Notes under the pieces: model-generated | The model's input: the letters and a program-made list of their open reading frames with translations, nothing else | Databases searched by the model: none | Told to the model about the DNA's origin: nothing | Shown here: in pieces, positions 39,197-53,475 of the stretch | Numbering within the stretch: position 1 is the stretch's first letter | Layout: each line of letters begins with the position of its first letter | Origin: Octopus vulgaris | Lineage: Eukaryota | Length of the DNA stretch: 64,000 nucleotides | Reading direction: 5' to 3' | Assembly: GCA_951406725.2 (NCBI GenBank) | Contig: OX597815.1 | Location: forward strand, 105,834,001-105,898,000 | Translations under genes and position numbers: made by a program

Positions 39197-40289
39197 GTAA
39201 GTTGGTAAATAGTGTCAATTTATAAATTCAATTAGATTTTCTTTTACTTAACCTGTGAAATATTAGTAGCACTGTTGCAAACTTTTTTTTTTCCTAGACT
39301 TGTGACTCAGTTTTACTATTAACCAGCCCTTGGGATTGGCAGAACCATTAGAGCATTAAATAAAATATCTTGTGGTATTTCTTCTGATCTTTATATTTTG
39401 AGTTCAAATCTCACTGATGTCTGCTTTGCCTTTCATCCCTCAAGGGGGCAGAGGTCAATAAAATGAAATACTAGACAAGTACTGGGGTTAAATTATTCAA
39501 ATAACTCCCTACCACTAAAATTGCAGGCTTACAGAAACAGTTATTAACTATGTCAAATATGCTTACAGCAATACATGGCATATATATATAGATGCATGTG
39601 TGGCTGTGTGGTAAGAAGTTTGTTTCCCAACCACATGGTTCTAGATTGCCTGGCACCTTGGGAAGTGTCTTCTTACCTTGGACCAACCAAAGTCTTGTGT
39701 GTATGTATATGTGTGTGTGTCTTTGTTTGTCCCCCACCACCACCACCACCATCAACTGGAGTTAATGTCTTCATAACTTAACAGTTTGGCAAAAGAGACC
39801 AATAGAATGAGTACCAGGCTTAAAAAAATAAGTGCTGAGGTTGATTTGTTCTTCTAAAAATTCTTCAAGCTAGTGCCCCAGCATGGCTGCAGTCAAGTGA
39901 CTGAAACAAGTAAAAGATAAAAGGTAAAGGTAGACAGATATCATCATCATTTAGCATACATGTATATATGTACATATATATACTGTTGGTTGTATGGTAA
40001 TGAAATTGTACCCAATACCACGAGAAGAATAGTTGTCGCTTGTTATCCTGGAAGAAAGAAGAAAAGTTTGTTGATAACTACTTATTTAATTTCTGTAAGG
40101 TTGCTCCATAGAGTAGATATGCATCCTTACAAAGTCCATTTTCTATTCTAGATTAGAATCCTCACTAAACTTTTATCACAATTTCTCTTTTTCCTTCCCC
40201 AAATAGCCAATCACATTAGCCAGTAATAGAGTATTTGGTGGTCAATAAGGAAACTATATATATGAATGACTTTTGATAGCTGTTCAAGT

Positions 40290-40690
40290 TATGTCCATAA
40301 GTGAAGTTAGTAAAGTGTGAATGAACAAGCTTAGCAACAAATTTTGGGGTCCATCAAGGCTGCCATCACCCACCCTCCTATACAGCATAGTCTTTCAGGC
40401 CATCACAGAAAAGTTTCAAACCATTTGTCTATTTGCTGATGATCTGGTTCTTATGGATCGGCTTATAACAAAATTAGAGAAGAAATTCAGGCTTGGAACC
40501 TAACCTGGAATCAAGAGACTGCATGATGAACTTAGCAAAGGCTTGAGGAGTGAGTACATAGGAAAGAAGACAGGACCCCAGTAAATGCCCTTGCTTGATA
40601 TGTGAAAAAGGAGTAGGTAGGAATTCCATATGCTATGCCCAGAATAAGGTATGGACACATAAGAGGTGTAGTAAAATCACAAGCAGGCTA
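40290..40690 (+). mobile_element. Decayed RTE RT fragment
   Basis: PTLLYSIVFQAITEKF..LFADDLVL, homologous to 54190-54530. Confidence 0.7.
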
Positions 40691-40869
40691 GCTTTGTATC
40701 AGATTGATGCACTGAAGCAATATGCACACTATTTCCTTTGATCCACAAATGTACCGTCTCCTTATTTTGTTTTTCCTATCACTACTATTGGGCCACCCAA
40801 TTTTTTCAGTTGCCTGAACTAAAAGTCAGAGGGGAACGGGATAAACTACCTGCATCATCTTGCCATAAA

Positions 40870-42036
40870 AGCAGGTAATAATTTTACCTTGTACTTATCT
40901 TTAGTACAAGTTTTGAAGAGTGCAGTTGGATTTCAACAATTATTTTTTCACAGCTATAATGGACATGATAAAGGAGCATATTCAGTATATTTTGCTTTAT
41001 GAGTTCAATAAAAGCAACAATGCTACGAAAAGTGTGAGAAATATTAATGCAGTATATGGGGATCGGACAATAAGCGTAAGCCAGTGTCAACAGCGGTTCC
41101 AGAAATTCCAAGCCGGAAACTATAGCTGAGAAGACAAGCTTCATCCTGGAAGATTTGTAGAGCTTGACAAGGGCATCCTGCAAACCCTGGTGGAACAGAA
41201 TTCCATTGTAACTATTGAGGAACTAGCAAAGTAACTTGGATTTGGTCATTCAACCATTCATCAACACCCGCATGCCATTGGAAAAGTCAGCAAATTGTGA
41301 CAATGGGTTCTTCACAAACTTTCCAAGCCTAATTGCACCCAGAGAGTGAATGTGTGCTCTTTTCTGCTGTCACATCTTGTGAATGAACCTTTTTTGGACC
41401 AAATAGTGGCTGGTGATGAGAAATGGGTTCTCTATAAAAATGTCAAGCACCAAAGACAGTGGGTAGGGAAAGGAGAAACCAGCACCTTAGACTAAATGTC
41501 TTCACCCACATAAGGTGTTGTTACCTGTTTGGTGGGATGTGAAAGGTTTAGTCCACTTTGAACTTTTAAATCCAAACCAGACGATAACAAAGGAGATCTA
41601 CTGCAAGCAGTTTGAGCAGCTTAAGTCAGCACTAGAAGAAAAACGACCATCTTTGTTTTCAAAATGAAAGTTGTTCTTCCATCAGGATAATGCTTGGTCA
41701 CATACAGAATGGATGACATTCCAAAGGCTACAGCAGTTTGAATGGGAAACGATGCTCCACCCACCATATTCACCAGACATTGCCCCATGTGATTATCATT
41801 TATTCTGCAGTCTTCAAAAATCATTTGTACAGAAAAATATGAACTCTGAAGGTCAGAACAATACTGGAGGAGTATTTTTCATCACAGACAAGTGAATTTT
41901 GGAAGAGGGGTCTTGCAAGTCTACCAGATAGATGGAAGAATATTGTAGAAAATAAAGGAGAGTATATTTTAGATTAAAAAAGAACTTTAACTTAATTTTG
42001 AAAAATAAAAGAAGTATTCCTTTCACTAACCACCAA
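40870..42036 (+). mobile_element. Near full-length mariner (DD34D), transposase pseudogene 40959-41977
   Basis: ILLYEFNK..NATKSVRNINAVYG, WVLHKL, GDEKWV, HQDNA, HPPYSPDIAPCDYHLF; in-frame stops and frameshifts. Confidence 0.9.
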
Positions 42037-42783
42037 TATACTACAACCACTAGCCCACAGATTCAGTATTCCACCTCTTTGCCTATTCTAGCCCTACAGC
42101 TATGGCCCCCTTCTCATCCAATTTAGCTACTTGTCTACTCCATCCACTTAGGCCCACCCTCTCCTCTCCTTCATATTTCCTCCTTTAATCAGCCTTACAG
42201 TGTTTCATCTCCCACATCCCATATTAAGCACATTCCCAATCCCGGTTCTCCCCTCCTAGTCATTCCCTTACAGACTGAGAGAGAAGACATGCAAAGATCA
42301 TGTGCACTGTCTTATTTCCTTAGGCTGGCTCTGAAAATAAACATGTACAGCAAACTTCAAAAATGTCCTGCAACAATTTGGAAAGATATCTCACAGTAGA
42401 TTGAAAATATGGTATGTTGAGAAGTACAAAGGACAAATCTGTGTGTTTGCAACATGTTGTCAGATAATGTTTACCATTGACATTATTATTATCAGTGTTG
42501 ATGTGGTGATAGCAGAGGGCTGGTCTAATATATGGTCTACTATGGTACTGCAGAGTTTAAGTTTTTGTGTTCAATTTCCACCATGGTCAACTTTATCTTT
42601 CATCCATTTTATATAGCCAGGCCTATTCTATTTCCTGTTTGTCCCACCACTTACATAAATGTGTCACTAAAAAGCAAAATTTCATGTAATGTGTGTGTGT
42701 ATGTGCATGCATGAAAGAGAGACAAACAAACAGGTATTTTTTTTTATCCAGTATGTTTAGCTTTTCTTCTCTATATTCTCAAG

Positions 42784-42951
42784 GAAAATTTGGCATATCT
42801 ACACAGTGTCTATCAACGACTGCTGGCTGATCGACCACTTCCATACCCAAAAGAAAGAATTATTGCTGACTTCTCTTGGTTTGATTTAACTTTATTAATT
42901 AATGAACAAGTGTCATCAGTTCTCAACAGTATTCAGAAAGCAAATCAGAAA
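42784..42951 (+). CDS. CCDC171: CCDC171-like exon
   Basis: ttctcaag acceptor, gtaagt donor. ENLAYLHSVYQRLLA...DFSWFDLTLLINEQVSSVLNSIQKANQK (cf. CCDC171 EKLTFLHTLYQHLVAG...FSWSELC...LNRANEK, recalled). Confidence 0.92.
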
Positions 42952-43439
42952 GTAAGTAAAACACTTCAGTTATTCATAAATATTTACTCACACATTCATG
43001 CACCATGTCTATTGTAGTTCACAAATATAAATTAAGCAGCATACATATCCATCTATACTATGAGGAAAAGCAGGAGGCATATTTTATTGATACACTCTAT
43101 AGCACATGCATATTATATAACATATGTAAAAGAAGATAAATCCCATTAAATCTCTGTTTTTGTGAGCGTATTCTGTATTGCATATTGTATTTAGCTAAGT
43201 TATCCCATAGCATCTCTGAACTTTAAATATATGATAATGTAAACAAGATAGCCAAGCCATTCATAACAAATTTTAAATATCTAACATTATTTGTTGTTAG
43301 GTAAGATAGTTTATGATTAATTCTCCAACTGTATGTGATTGTTTCAGTAACAGGTCAATTAGTGTTTATTGACTTAGTAATTCTTCCATTGCTTTTATTT
43401 TACTCATTTGTTTATGCTGCATTATTACCAAGACTAACA

Positions 43440-43650
43440 CTTTCCATACTACAGATACACATAAGCATCTCTTATCTATAGCTATGAAATCCCACAGGGA
43501 TGGTGAAAAGACACATATAAACATCTCTGGGAGTTCACAACATTGTGAGTAGAACACATATAAGCATCTCTGTGATTTTACAGCTGTCTGTGAGCAATGC
43601 ATGTTATGTGCCAATGGGATTTCATATTTATAGATAAGAGACACTTATAT
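43440..43650. repeat. Short degenerate tandem repeat (acacatataagcatctct)
   Basis: Motif at ~43457, 43511 and 43554, with a weaker copy near 43640. Confidence 0.55.
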
Positions 43651-43934
43651 GCATCAGTTGTATGGATAGTATTAAGACCTTTGAAATACTCATTGCTACC
43701 TGCTAAGTCTGAGACACTGGGGAGAAGTACTTCTGCATCTGCCAACTTGTGGAGGTGTTTTGTGTTTCATTGAAAACTCTTTTGGTTATCACTCACAATT
43801 TACTTACAGTTTTAGTTGCTTTGTATGAGTATCCACTCATAGTAACTAGTAGTTGTTTCATCACTTTTAGTGGGAACAAATATTTAGCTACTCCATCATA
43901 ATACAATTTAGTCTTTAACCTTTCTGTCATTAGA

Positions 43935-44752
43935 TAAGGCTGCAAACTCTCATGTGTTTAAGAATGGTGACTGAATGCAGTATTGGTTTGTGGGGCGGGA
44001 CACAACTGGTAGTTCCTACAGGACAACCTTTTGTGGAACACAGACCAAATTTGTGGCTGGAGCAAAGTTCTGGCCAGACCAAGGGTGACATACTGGTGGA
44101 ATAGTCAGGCAGACTAAGCCTTAAAAGTGAAAAGATAGGCTTGGAAAGACTGAGAAAATAGGGGCAGCAGTGAATTACCAGGAGCTAGGAGACAAACTAG
44201 GCATCAGGTTACATAGCCAAGGGAAGATTCACATCTAACAATTGGCATAGCAGCATTATAGTCAATTGCTAGACTAGGTCATGAAAGTTACAGAAAGAGT
44301 TAATGGCCAAATTGATTGGGGAGGGAATTAGTCTAGCTAAAATGCATGTGATATTTGTACTGGGGAAAAGTACTACTAATGTTCTCTTTCTAGTAATGCA
44401 ACTTCAGAAGCATTAAGCTAAAAGTAAGCCATTGTAATTGAGATTCATCAACTTGGAGAAAGCCTATGACAGGGTCCCTCACTCTGTGATCTGTTGGTCT
44501 CTGAAGAAGCTAGGGATAGCCAAATGGTTTGTGAGAGCCATGCAAGCTTTGCATTGGGACACAGTTAATAAGGTAGAATTAGGAATGAGTACAACACTTT
44601 CAGCATACAAGTAGGAGTTCACCAGGACTCAGTTGCAAGTCCCCTCCTATTCATCATAGTCCTCTAGACCATAACAGAAACATGCCAGTTGCCCTTGGGA
44701 TATTGATGGCTTCATTCTTATAGCAAAATCCATTGCAGAATTAGAAAAAGAA
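43935..44752 (+). mobile_element. Decayed RTE LINE fragment
   Basis: Homologous to 26340-26660 and 53950-54320 (LEKAYDRVP, VGVHQDS..SPLLFIIVL). Confidence 0.75.
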
Positions 44753-44754
44753 AT

Positions 44755-46375
44755 TAGGAACACATTAAAAATAGAATTGAGCCCTGATAAACTCCTGCCT
44801 GCTCATTAAGTTTGTATTTGTAATCATTAACTCTTGCTTTGAGGATATCACCTCTTCTGTACATGGTTTGTATGGCTTTCATGAGTGATTGATCTACAAC
44901 TATCTTCCTCAATGACCACCAGATTACAGAAAAAGAGATCTTGTCAAATGCTTTCTCCAGGTCAACAAATGCAAAGTACAACAGTTTACTTTTAGCTAAA
45001 TATTTTTCCTGCAGTTGCTTCATCTCAAGTCCATAGTGCTTTTCATGGCACAAAACTGAACTGCGTTTCATGTTGTCTAACTCTCCCTCTATTTAATTGA
45101 TTGAGCTATATCTCTTTCTGTAACTCATATAATGTGGTCTGGCAATTTGCTACTCTGTAATCTCCTGTACCTTAGTATAGTTGATTATAATGCTGCTATA
45201 CTAGTCATTGGAGATGATAACTTCCTGTACAACCTGATTAACTATATTGGAGACTAAGTCATAACCTACTCTGTCAATTATCTTAAGCATTTCAGCAGTG
45301 GTTCCTAATGTGCCAAGAGCTTTCTCTGCCTTCATATCTTTAATCATTTTATCTATCATATTGCTGTCAACAAGGATAGCCGGCCTCTATCTGTTGGATC
45401 CACTTTCACTCGTGCATTCTCCACTTTTAGTAACTTTCCATTGTAACATTTCCATACCTCTCGCTTTTTTTTTTTTTCCAGAATCAGTAAGTGCAAGTGT
45501 ACCATTATCCAACTGTACACACATTTCTCACCTGCATCTCGTTTTTCTCTGACACACAGTCTTGCAATCCATATCACCTCATGCCTCTGTTCCTCATGTT
45601 GTAGAACATTAGCAACCCTCTGACTTTCTTTCTGATTCTCCCTTTGCTATGTAAATCTGTTGCCTAGCTTCTCTTCTAGCTACTAGTATAATTCTCTGCT
45701 ACCTCCATTTGTCCAGTCTTTCCAAGCCTATCTTTTTGCTTTGATAGCTCTTCCCCCATTACTTTACCTTTGGTCTGGTAGAACTTTGCACCAGCCACAG
45801 ATCTGGTTTGTGGCTTTAAGCAGACTGTCCCATAGAAACTTCCAGTTATCCTCTAGATCATCTCTACATTTTTTTTATTATTTATTGAATTTTTAACCTT
45901 CCATATCTTCCTTTTCCAGACTGCTTTGTGTCTCTAAGTCCTTCTACTTCTCATCCTGAAGTCACTAACCACTAATCTACATTGGATTGTGCATTCTTTA
46001 CCAGAAAACTTAGAATTCATAAGCATCTGTCTATTTCATTTTCTAGTGAGAATATAGTCAATCTGGCTTGTGTACCCACCAGATTGATAGGTGTGTGGAT
46101 GGCTGACTGGTTTCTTCAAGTTAGTGGTACAGATAAACAAATCATTTACATAGCAGAACCCCATCAGCCTTGTTTACTTTCCATTTCTAGAACCAAATCT
46201 GTTAACTCCATATATGCTCTGGAATCTATCAGGTTGCTGTACAATTCAAGTCACCAGTCATGATTTTAAAGTCATTGTTATCCATTATTGAAGTAATCTC
46301 ATAAAGAGCCACATAAATGGTCTTTCTGTTATTCTGCCAGGCCAGATTGTGGAGCATAAGCTGAAATAAATATCA
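44755..46375 (-). mobile_element. Decayed RTE LINE fragment (EN to RT)
   Basis: QLQEKYLAK..LYFAFVDLEKAFDKI, GVYQGS; upstream FISAYAPQSG endonuclease motif. Confidence 0.8.
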
Positions 46376-49300
46376 CATACAGGCACACACACGTGTGTGT
46401 GTCTGTATGTATGTCCGTGTCTTCTTGTGTTGATATTGTATGATAGTTGTAAATGATTGTCACTGCCTTACAAGCTGTCATTCATTTCCAACCTTCCATG
46501 AAAATATGTCCAACTATGGGGAAATATTACTTTGCTCAGAAATAGATGAGTTGATGACAGGAAGGGCATCTAATCATAGAAAATCTGCTCCAACAAATTC
46601 CATCTGACCCTTGCAAACATGGAAAAGTAGAGATTAAAACAATGATATATTTGTGAATCAAAGGTCCAATCAAACTGTCTAACCCATGCCAGCATGGTAA
46701 GTGGAAGCTAAATGATGATGGTGGCAGTGGTGTTGTTGTTGTTGTTGTTTTAGGGTTAGATAGATTTATTCACATACCAAACTACTTTCAACAATTTTTT
46801 GCTTGTCAACAGTACAAATATATATAAAAAAGAAGATAGAGTTTAAAAATTATAAGGTAAAAATTAGACAAACGTGTTTAAACCATCAAACATTCACAGA
46901 AATTTCAGTGAGTTTCACAGGGATAGAGAGTAGTATCAATGTAAATATTCAGTGTACATTATTGAAAGTACAGTCATATTGGCTTTTTATAAAATAAGTG
47001 AAGAAAGAGAAAAAGATGGAAAGGTATTTTTTACAATTTCTGTCATGGTGCATATAGTTCTTTTTTTTTTTTTCAATTTAAAAAAAGAACAAGATAAATA
47101 ATAAACTCAGTCACATCCATAGAGACACTCACACAAACAGATATATATCATCATCATCACCATCATCATTTGATGTTCACCATCCATGCTGGCATGGGTT
47201 GGATGGTTTGACAGGAGCTGGCAAGGCAGGCTTCTGTATCTGTTTTGGCAGGGTTTTTACGGCTGGATACCCTTCCTAACACAAACCACCCAGCAGAGTC
47301 TACCAATTTTACTGACAAGTTATTTAGGTATTGGTTGATTCATAGCTATAGTGTAGAACACCTGCCTACAATGTCTCCACAGTAGGACTGAACTCCCAAT
47401 CACATTGTTCCAAAGCAAACTTAACTAAACAGTCTTCACAGAAGGAGAGGAAGAGATGTACATATGTTTGAAATAGACTGTCCATCCTTTCATAGGTCGA
47501 AAGGTTTGATAAGGATTTGATGAATTGGAAGACCACATCATGCTCCAATGTTTCTATTTTGGCATGCCCTTCCTAATGCCAACTATATTACTGTGTGTAC
47601 TGGGTACTTTATTTCTTATGGCACCAGCTCTGGTGAGATAGCCTTGCAATTTGCAAGATTAAAGATCCTGAAGGAGATGCCCTTGAATGTAAGGTGAATA
47701 GGAGAAAGATTATGGTGATAGTATGTGAGATGCCAAGAGATGCTAAAATATGATGAGAGGAACAGATTTATACTTGTGAGAATGTGGGAGTGAAAAGAAT
47801 CTTTTTATCTGGTGAGGAAGGCAGGATTTCAACTCAAACCACACAAAGTCCACTTTCCCATGCTTGCATAGGTCAGATTGGAATCATTGAGATAGATTTT
47901 CCATGGCTGGATGCCCTTCCTATCACCAACCTTCGCCTGTTTCCAAGCAAAGTAATATTTCCCCGTAACTGAACATGTTTTACACAGAAGATTGGAAATG
48001 AGGGACTCTGCTTATAAGATGGTGTTGGATATTTATAATTATCTCTTGATGTTAAGAAAAGGAGACATAAACATAGTTTTCAGGTTTCCATCACAAGGTT
48101 TAAGTAAAAACATTTTCCAAAAATACCAAGCTCTAGGATCAAACTCATGACCATGTGATTGCCTCACAAGCTTAAATGGGTTTCTTTTATATATATTTAG
48201 TTAGTTGGTGATTTTGTAATTTTAGAGTGAACAACTGAACAAAAATCTATTGCTTTTGATAATATAATTTATTCACTAAAGGATTTAATGTGCTTCAGGT
48301 GAGCAAATGTTTATTACTCATAAAACTGGTGGAAACAGGAAACTTTTACTTCAGAGAGAAATAGATCAAGTCATTGATCTGTTTCAGTAGAGATTTGAAA
48401 AGAAGTTTAAAATGTAATATCTGAACAAGCATTGTGTAATACAAGAAGACAATTGCTAAAAATAAAATAGTACTTCAAAACCATCAGATCACAGATGCAT
48501 TGGAAATCTTGGTTATTATCCATATAAAATGTGAGGGAAAACAAATGCTTTATAGGACATGATTAAGACAGTTTGATTGGAATTGTGGAAATTTATGGAA
48601 CAAATCTTTTTTATTTATTTTTCTCTGAGATTTCTCATAAAATGCCATTGTTCTTGGATGAAACAATGTTAGATTTTAATGGAAAAATCAATAGGAACAA
48701 CTGCCAGTATTATATAAAATAAATCGTTGTACATCAATCCTAAAAATTATAACTGTGGCTCTTCCTTTCTGAATTTATGATTATTTACAGGAGTAAATAT
48801 AAAATGATATTTCAGGGTCAACCATGAATACTGAAAGGTATTGTATTGTCAAATTAAACAATGCCATTCTACATTTGCCATACTTTTTTACTGACAACAA
48901 TTTATGGTTCATGCATGATTGAAATCCTATCAATTACAACCTTCCAGCTTGAGGAGAAAACAAAAAAGAGCAGTTATTATTGTGCCATTTCCAGTGCACT
49001 AAGACAATTTAAGAAATGTTCACAAACAACTTTCTGCATGTAAAGAAAACAATGACACATTTGGTTGTGGTATGCAAGCAAGTCTGTCTTGGTAGGAAGT
49101 TTGCTTCCCAACCATATGGTTTTAAGTTCAGCCCCACTGCATGACACCTTGGGCAAGTGTCTTCAACTATAGCCCCAGGTTGACCAAAGCTTTGTTAGTG
49201 GATTTGATAGACAGTAACGGAAAGAAACCCATTGTATGTGTGTGTGTGTGTGTGTGAGAGAGAGGGGGGACGGAGGGAGAGGGAGAGAGAATATATGGAT

Positions 49301-49692
49301 ATGTTTGTGCAAGCAAGTTCATATTTCCCTTCACTTCCACATGGACTCACTGATTATAAATAAATGACTCATTCATACAGTGTTGTTTGTTTCCAGTTCC
49401 CCATGTAACTATGCTCTAGCTGTTTGTTGTTCAATAAACAGTGAGATATTACCTCAGGTGGTGGTTGGCATCAGGAAAGGCATCTGATCATTGAAAATTC
49501 CGTCCTAACATACTCTTGTTTGAGCCATGCAAGCATTTTAAAAGTAAACATTAAAACAATAATGACAATCTGATTGAAGTGCCAAAGTGTAAAATGCAAT
49601 GTTATTGTTTATAACTTTTCAATAAGTATACATCGAATTAGTTAAATAGTTCCATGAGAAACTGCATGCATGTGTGCATGTATTATATATAT

Positions 49693-50896
49693 AGTATTGA
49701 CCAAAAAGTCATTTGATTTTTTAAACGAAAATAAGACAAAAGTTTTTGTATAATTACCATTCTGTTCCAGTATCTTCTACTATCTTGTGGCAAGATCCAT
49801 TATCTCCTACTCAAAGAATGTCTTGTCTTTATTGGGGAAAAACTCTTCCAGGTGAATTTTTACATCCTCTTAATAGTTGAAGGGCTGTCCATTCAATGAA
49901 TTTTGAAGAGATTGAGATAGATGAAAATCTGAAAGCACAAGGTTGGGCAAATAGGGAGGGTGTAGTAAAATTTCCCAGCTGGACCCCAGTAACTTCTGCC
50001 ATGTCTGCAAAGAAGTGAATGGTTTGGCATTGTCATGATGAATGACAATGTCCTTGTGATTAGTAAGTACTGGATACTTCTGGTGAATTGCTGTGTTTAA
50101 TTTGTCCAGCTGGTCAGAGTACATATTTGAATTGATGATCTTGTCTGTGGGAAGAAGCTTGTAAAGACAGCACCCTTCCAATCCTACCAAATTAAAAGCA
50201 TAACCTTCTTCAGGTGAAGTCCTGTTTTAGAGATTGTGGTGGTTTGCTACATTTCCCTCATTACCGTTTGCAATTCACATTGCTATAGACAGTCTATTTT
50301 TCATCCCCTGTTGCCATTTTCTTCACATTTATGCAATGAATCACAGATGGAAATCCATTGGGAAAAGTTAGCCTCATTCAGTTGATGTGGGACACAAACA
50401 TTGAGTCTACTGACATAACCAAATTGATGCAGATAGTTTTGAACATTCAATTCAGATATTCAAGGAATATCTACAATCATCCTAGTTCTATAACATGAGT
50501 TGGTGTCAATGTTTGACCTCAGTTGGCCAGCCTAGGCAAGGTGCATCTTGAAACAAAAAGATTTCCTGATTGAAATCTTGAAAACCACTTTTGATACATA
50601 CATTCCATAACAGCATTCTCTTCATACACAGCACATATCTTCCTGCAGGGTTCTACCACTTTCTGGCTTTTTATGAAATAAAGAAGCATGAGATATTAAT
50701 AATGTTCATTTTGGATCTCTTTTTACATGGTAATTTTAAGCACCCAAAATACAACCTATATCATTGCAAGTTGGCATCAAACTATGTTGATGTTTCAAAT
50801 ATCTAATGCACAAGGATCAGACTGAAGTTAGCTACTTATTAGAATGCTTAAAGTTTGGTGTTGACAATAACTGAATGAACTTTTTGGCCAGCCTAA
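49693..50896 (-). mobile_element. mariner relic
   Basis: TA-ttaggctggccaaaaagttc TIR at the right with an eroded copy at the left; VCVPHQL, HHDNAKP, HPPYLPNLVLSDFHL motifs. Confidence 0.85.
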
Positions 50897-51050
50897 TATG
50901 TATATATCTATATCATCTTTTTCTCTTCCTTACCCTTTGTTCCTTTCTTCCCTTCCCTCCTATTCTTTTTTTATTTCCTTGCATTTATTGTCATAACCCT
51001 TTCTCCTTATTCGTGCTTCCAGACACAGATGTATTTGGGACATGCATATA

Positions 51051-51267
51051 TGAGGAGTGTTGAAAAGTTCCTGACTTTAAAGGGTATCACAAAAGGCTTG
51101 GTTGGAGGCCCAAACTTCCAAGTTCTTTTACAAGGCATAGAAAAACTGAAGGACCACTTTGATAAGTGTATGAATCTGAGAGGGGAATATGTTGAGTAAA
51201 ATCATAATTAACTGATCCTCCTGTATTTTCTTTTACCCAAAGCCAGGAACTTTTCAGCATCCCTTCA
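51051..51267. mobile_element. mariner-type MITE
   Basis: TA-flanked TIRs tgaggagtgttgaaaagttcctg / ccaggaacttttcagcatcccttca. Confidence 0.8.
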
Positions 51268-51425
51268 TACACACCTATTACTTTCAATTTCTTTAATTCC
51301 CCTCTAATTAATGACTTTTCACCTTCCTCCTGATTCCTTTTTGTTCCTTATTTTCTTTCTTTTTTATAAACTCGCTATTTGTCTTTTTTGCTCTCCCTTC
51401 TCTTTTTTTTTTTTTTTTTAGCTTT

Positions 51426-51464
51426 TATTTCTGATGAAGGATTAACATTCAAAACCTTAGAATA
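51426..51464 (+). ncRNA. Decayed hammerhead-like motif
   Basis: CTGATGA-agga-ttaaca-ttc-aaaa-cc-tta-gaat; the GAAA core has become AAAA. Confidence 0.3.
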
Positions 51465-52069
51465 CTCTCTTTCTCCATTGAAGCATTAAACTAATACCAT
51501 ATTTGTCAAACTTTGTTCCTCCCCAATTTTCTCAGATACACTGTCTTGATCTCTGGAACACCTCATATCTCCTGCCTTCATGCTGCAGAACATTGGCTTC
51601 CCTTCTGCTTCTCCCTTTGCTAAATAAATCTGTCGCTTAGCTTCCTGGTATGATTTCTCTGCTACCCCCATTCTCACAATTTTTCCAAGTTTGTCTCTTT
51701 GCTTTTATAGCTCTGTCTGTTTCACTGTTCCATCACCATGTCATCCTTAATCTGGCTCGAACTTTGCACCAACCACAGATTTGGTCTGTATCCTTCAGTA
51801 ATATTGTCCCATAAAAACTTCCTGTTGTCATCGTCAAAACCCAAGGCTTCACCATCAAGCAGAAATAATCAAGATATCAGCAGAGCATGTATCTCTCTGA
51901 CCTATGCTGATATCTTGCCCTTATAGTTCATCAACTGTATGATATGCAAGACTCATTAGCATCCCTTCAGAACACTGTAAATGAGGACCTACTAAAGATT
52001 CTTGGCACAGCATTGTGAAGGGAAACACATCTCAGTTGTAGCCGAACTGTGTATGTGTGTTTATAGTTT

Positions 52070-52240
52070 CTTGTTATATTTAATCCCCTGTTATATTTAG
52101 TCTCTTCTTATATTTTGTTTCTTGCTACATGTAGTCTCATGTTATATTTAATCCGTTGCTTTGCATAATTGCCTGTTATATTTAATTATTATTATCTTTA
52201 ATCCTGTGTTATATTTAGTTATTTGTTATATTTAATTCAT
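52070..52240. repeat. ~17-19 nt minisatellite (tgttatatttartc)
   Basis: Repeated ttgttatattta variants. Confidence 0.75.
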
Positions 52241-53437
52241 GTGTAGTATACTGCTGGGAACTGTACTGTAACACACCCTTTCACCATCTGTATTTGCCAT
52301 CTGTAAATTATGGTTCAGCTTAACAACCCTATAAACTTCAAGGATTAAAATATCAAGTGATGTTTACCTTCTGCTCAGTCTAACCTAATCCTTGTGTCAT
52401 CATCAATAGTGAGATCTGAGCAAAATGCTATACTATTGTTGTCTGAGTCACTTTAATTTAGATAAGGAGAAAATATAAAACTACTTTTACTCTTTCTAAC
52501 AAACAGATGGATTCATGTTGCTCAAAAAAAATTAGTGTGTGGACCATTTATGTTTTGTAACCCCATATTATTTTGGTATGCTTTTTAATTAAGTGCTGAT
52601 ACCAATGAAGACTGAGGTACACTTTTCACACATTTTTAATCCTTCTGAGATAACATTTTGTGAGCCACTGATTAAATGGGGTACTTTTATCTTTTGTCCA
52701 CAAAGGCAATACTTGTTAGTTTTCCACAGGAGAGTTGCTTTTCTTCATAAAATCTGAATTGAGTCTGTCTTATCAGGCAGTCACCAGAATATATTCTCTT
52801 TCTCTCTTCAAACTTTCTTTGCACCATCAATTTCAGTATTTATCATTCATCAAGCCTTTTTTTAATCTCTTTAATTCCATCTGAGAAATGACATTTTCTT
52901 TTGCTCTCTTTTTAAGTGTGCTTTATATTTGCCGCTATCATTAATGCTATCCGTATCTCGGTTGGCAGCAGCTATTATATACTGAATTAATCATTCTTTG
53001 TTATCTGCATAATATAAATCTAAGCTTTGTTCCTTTTCATTCACTAAACATTTTGTTCATCATACATTAAAATCCTTCTTCAATTTTATGTCATTACAAA
53101 TCACATTGTACAGCAGTTCAAGTCTGTTATACGTTGCCATAGTATTTTAGTATACCTATCTAACATAACCATAAACCATAGGTAAATTAGTACTAACACA
53201 TTCAATGTATTTAATGGTAATGTATTTAATATATTTTGTTGTCTGGGGAGAGTCATAGTGCCTTAATATAATTTCCACTCATTCATTTATTTATTTATTC
53301 CAGAAAGCTTTATTGTCACCATATTTGCAGCAATATCAATGGATTTTGACTGATGGTCCATTATTAAAGCCGTGTTCATTTTTTTTTTTTTTGCTTTTGA
53401 TTTGTTTACTTTTGTGAGATTTTGATGCATGATCTTG

Positions 53438-53475
<38 letters not shown>

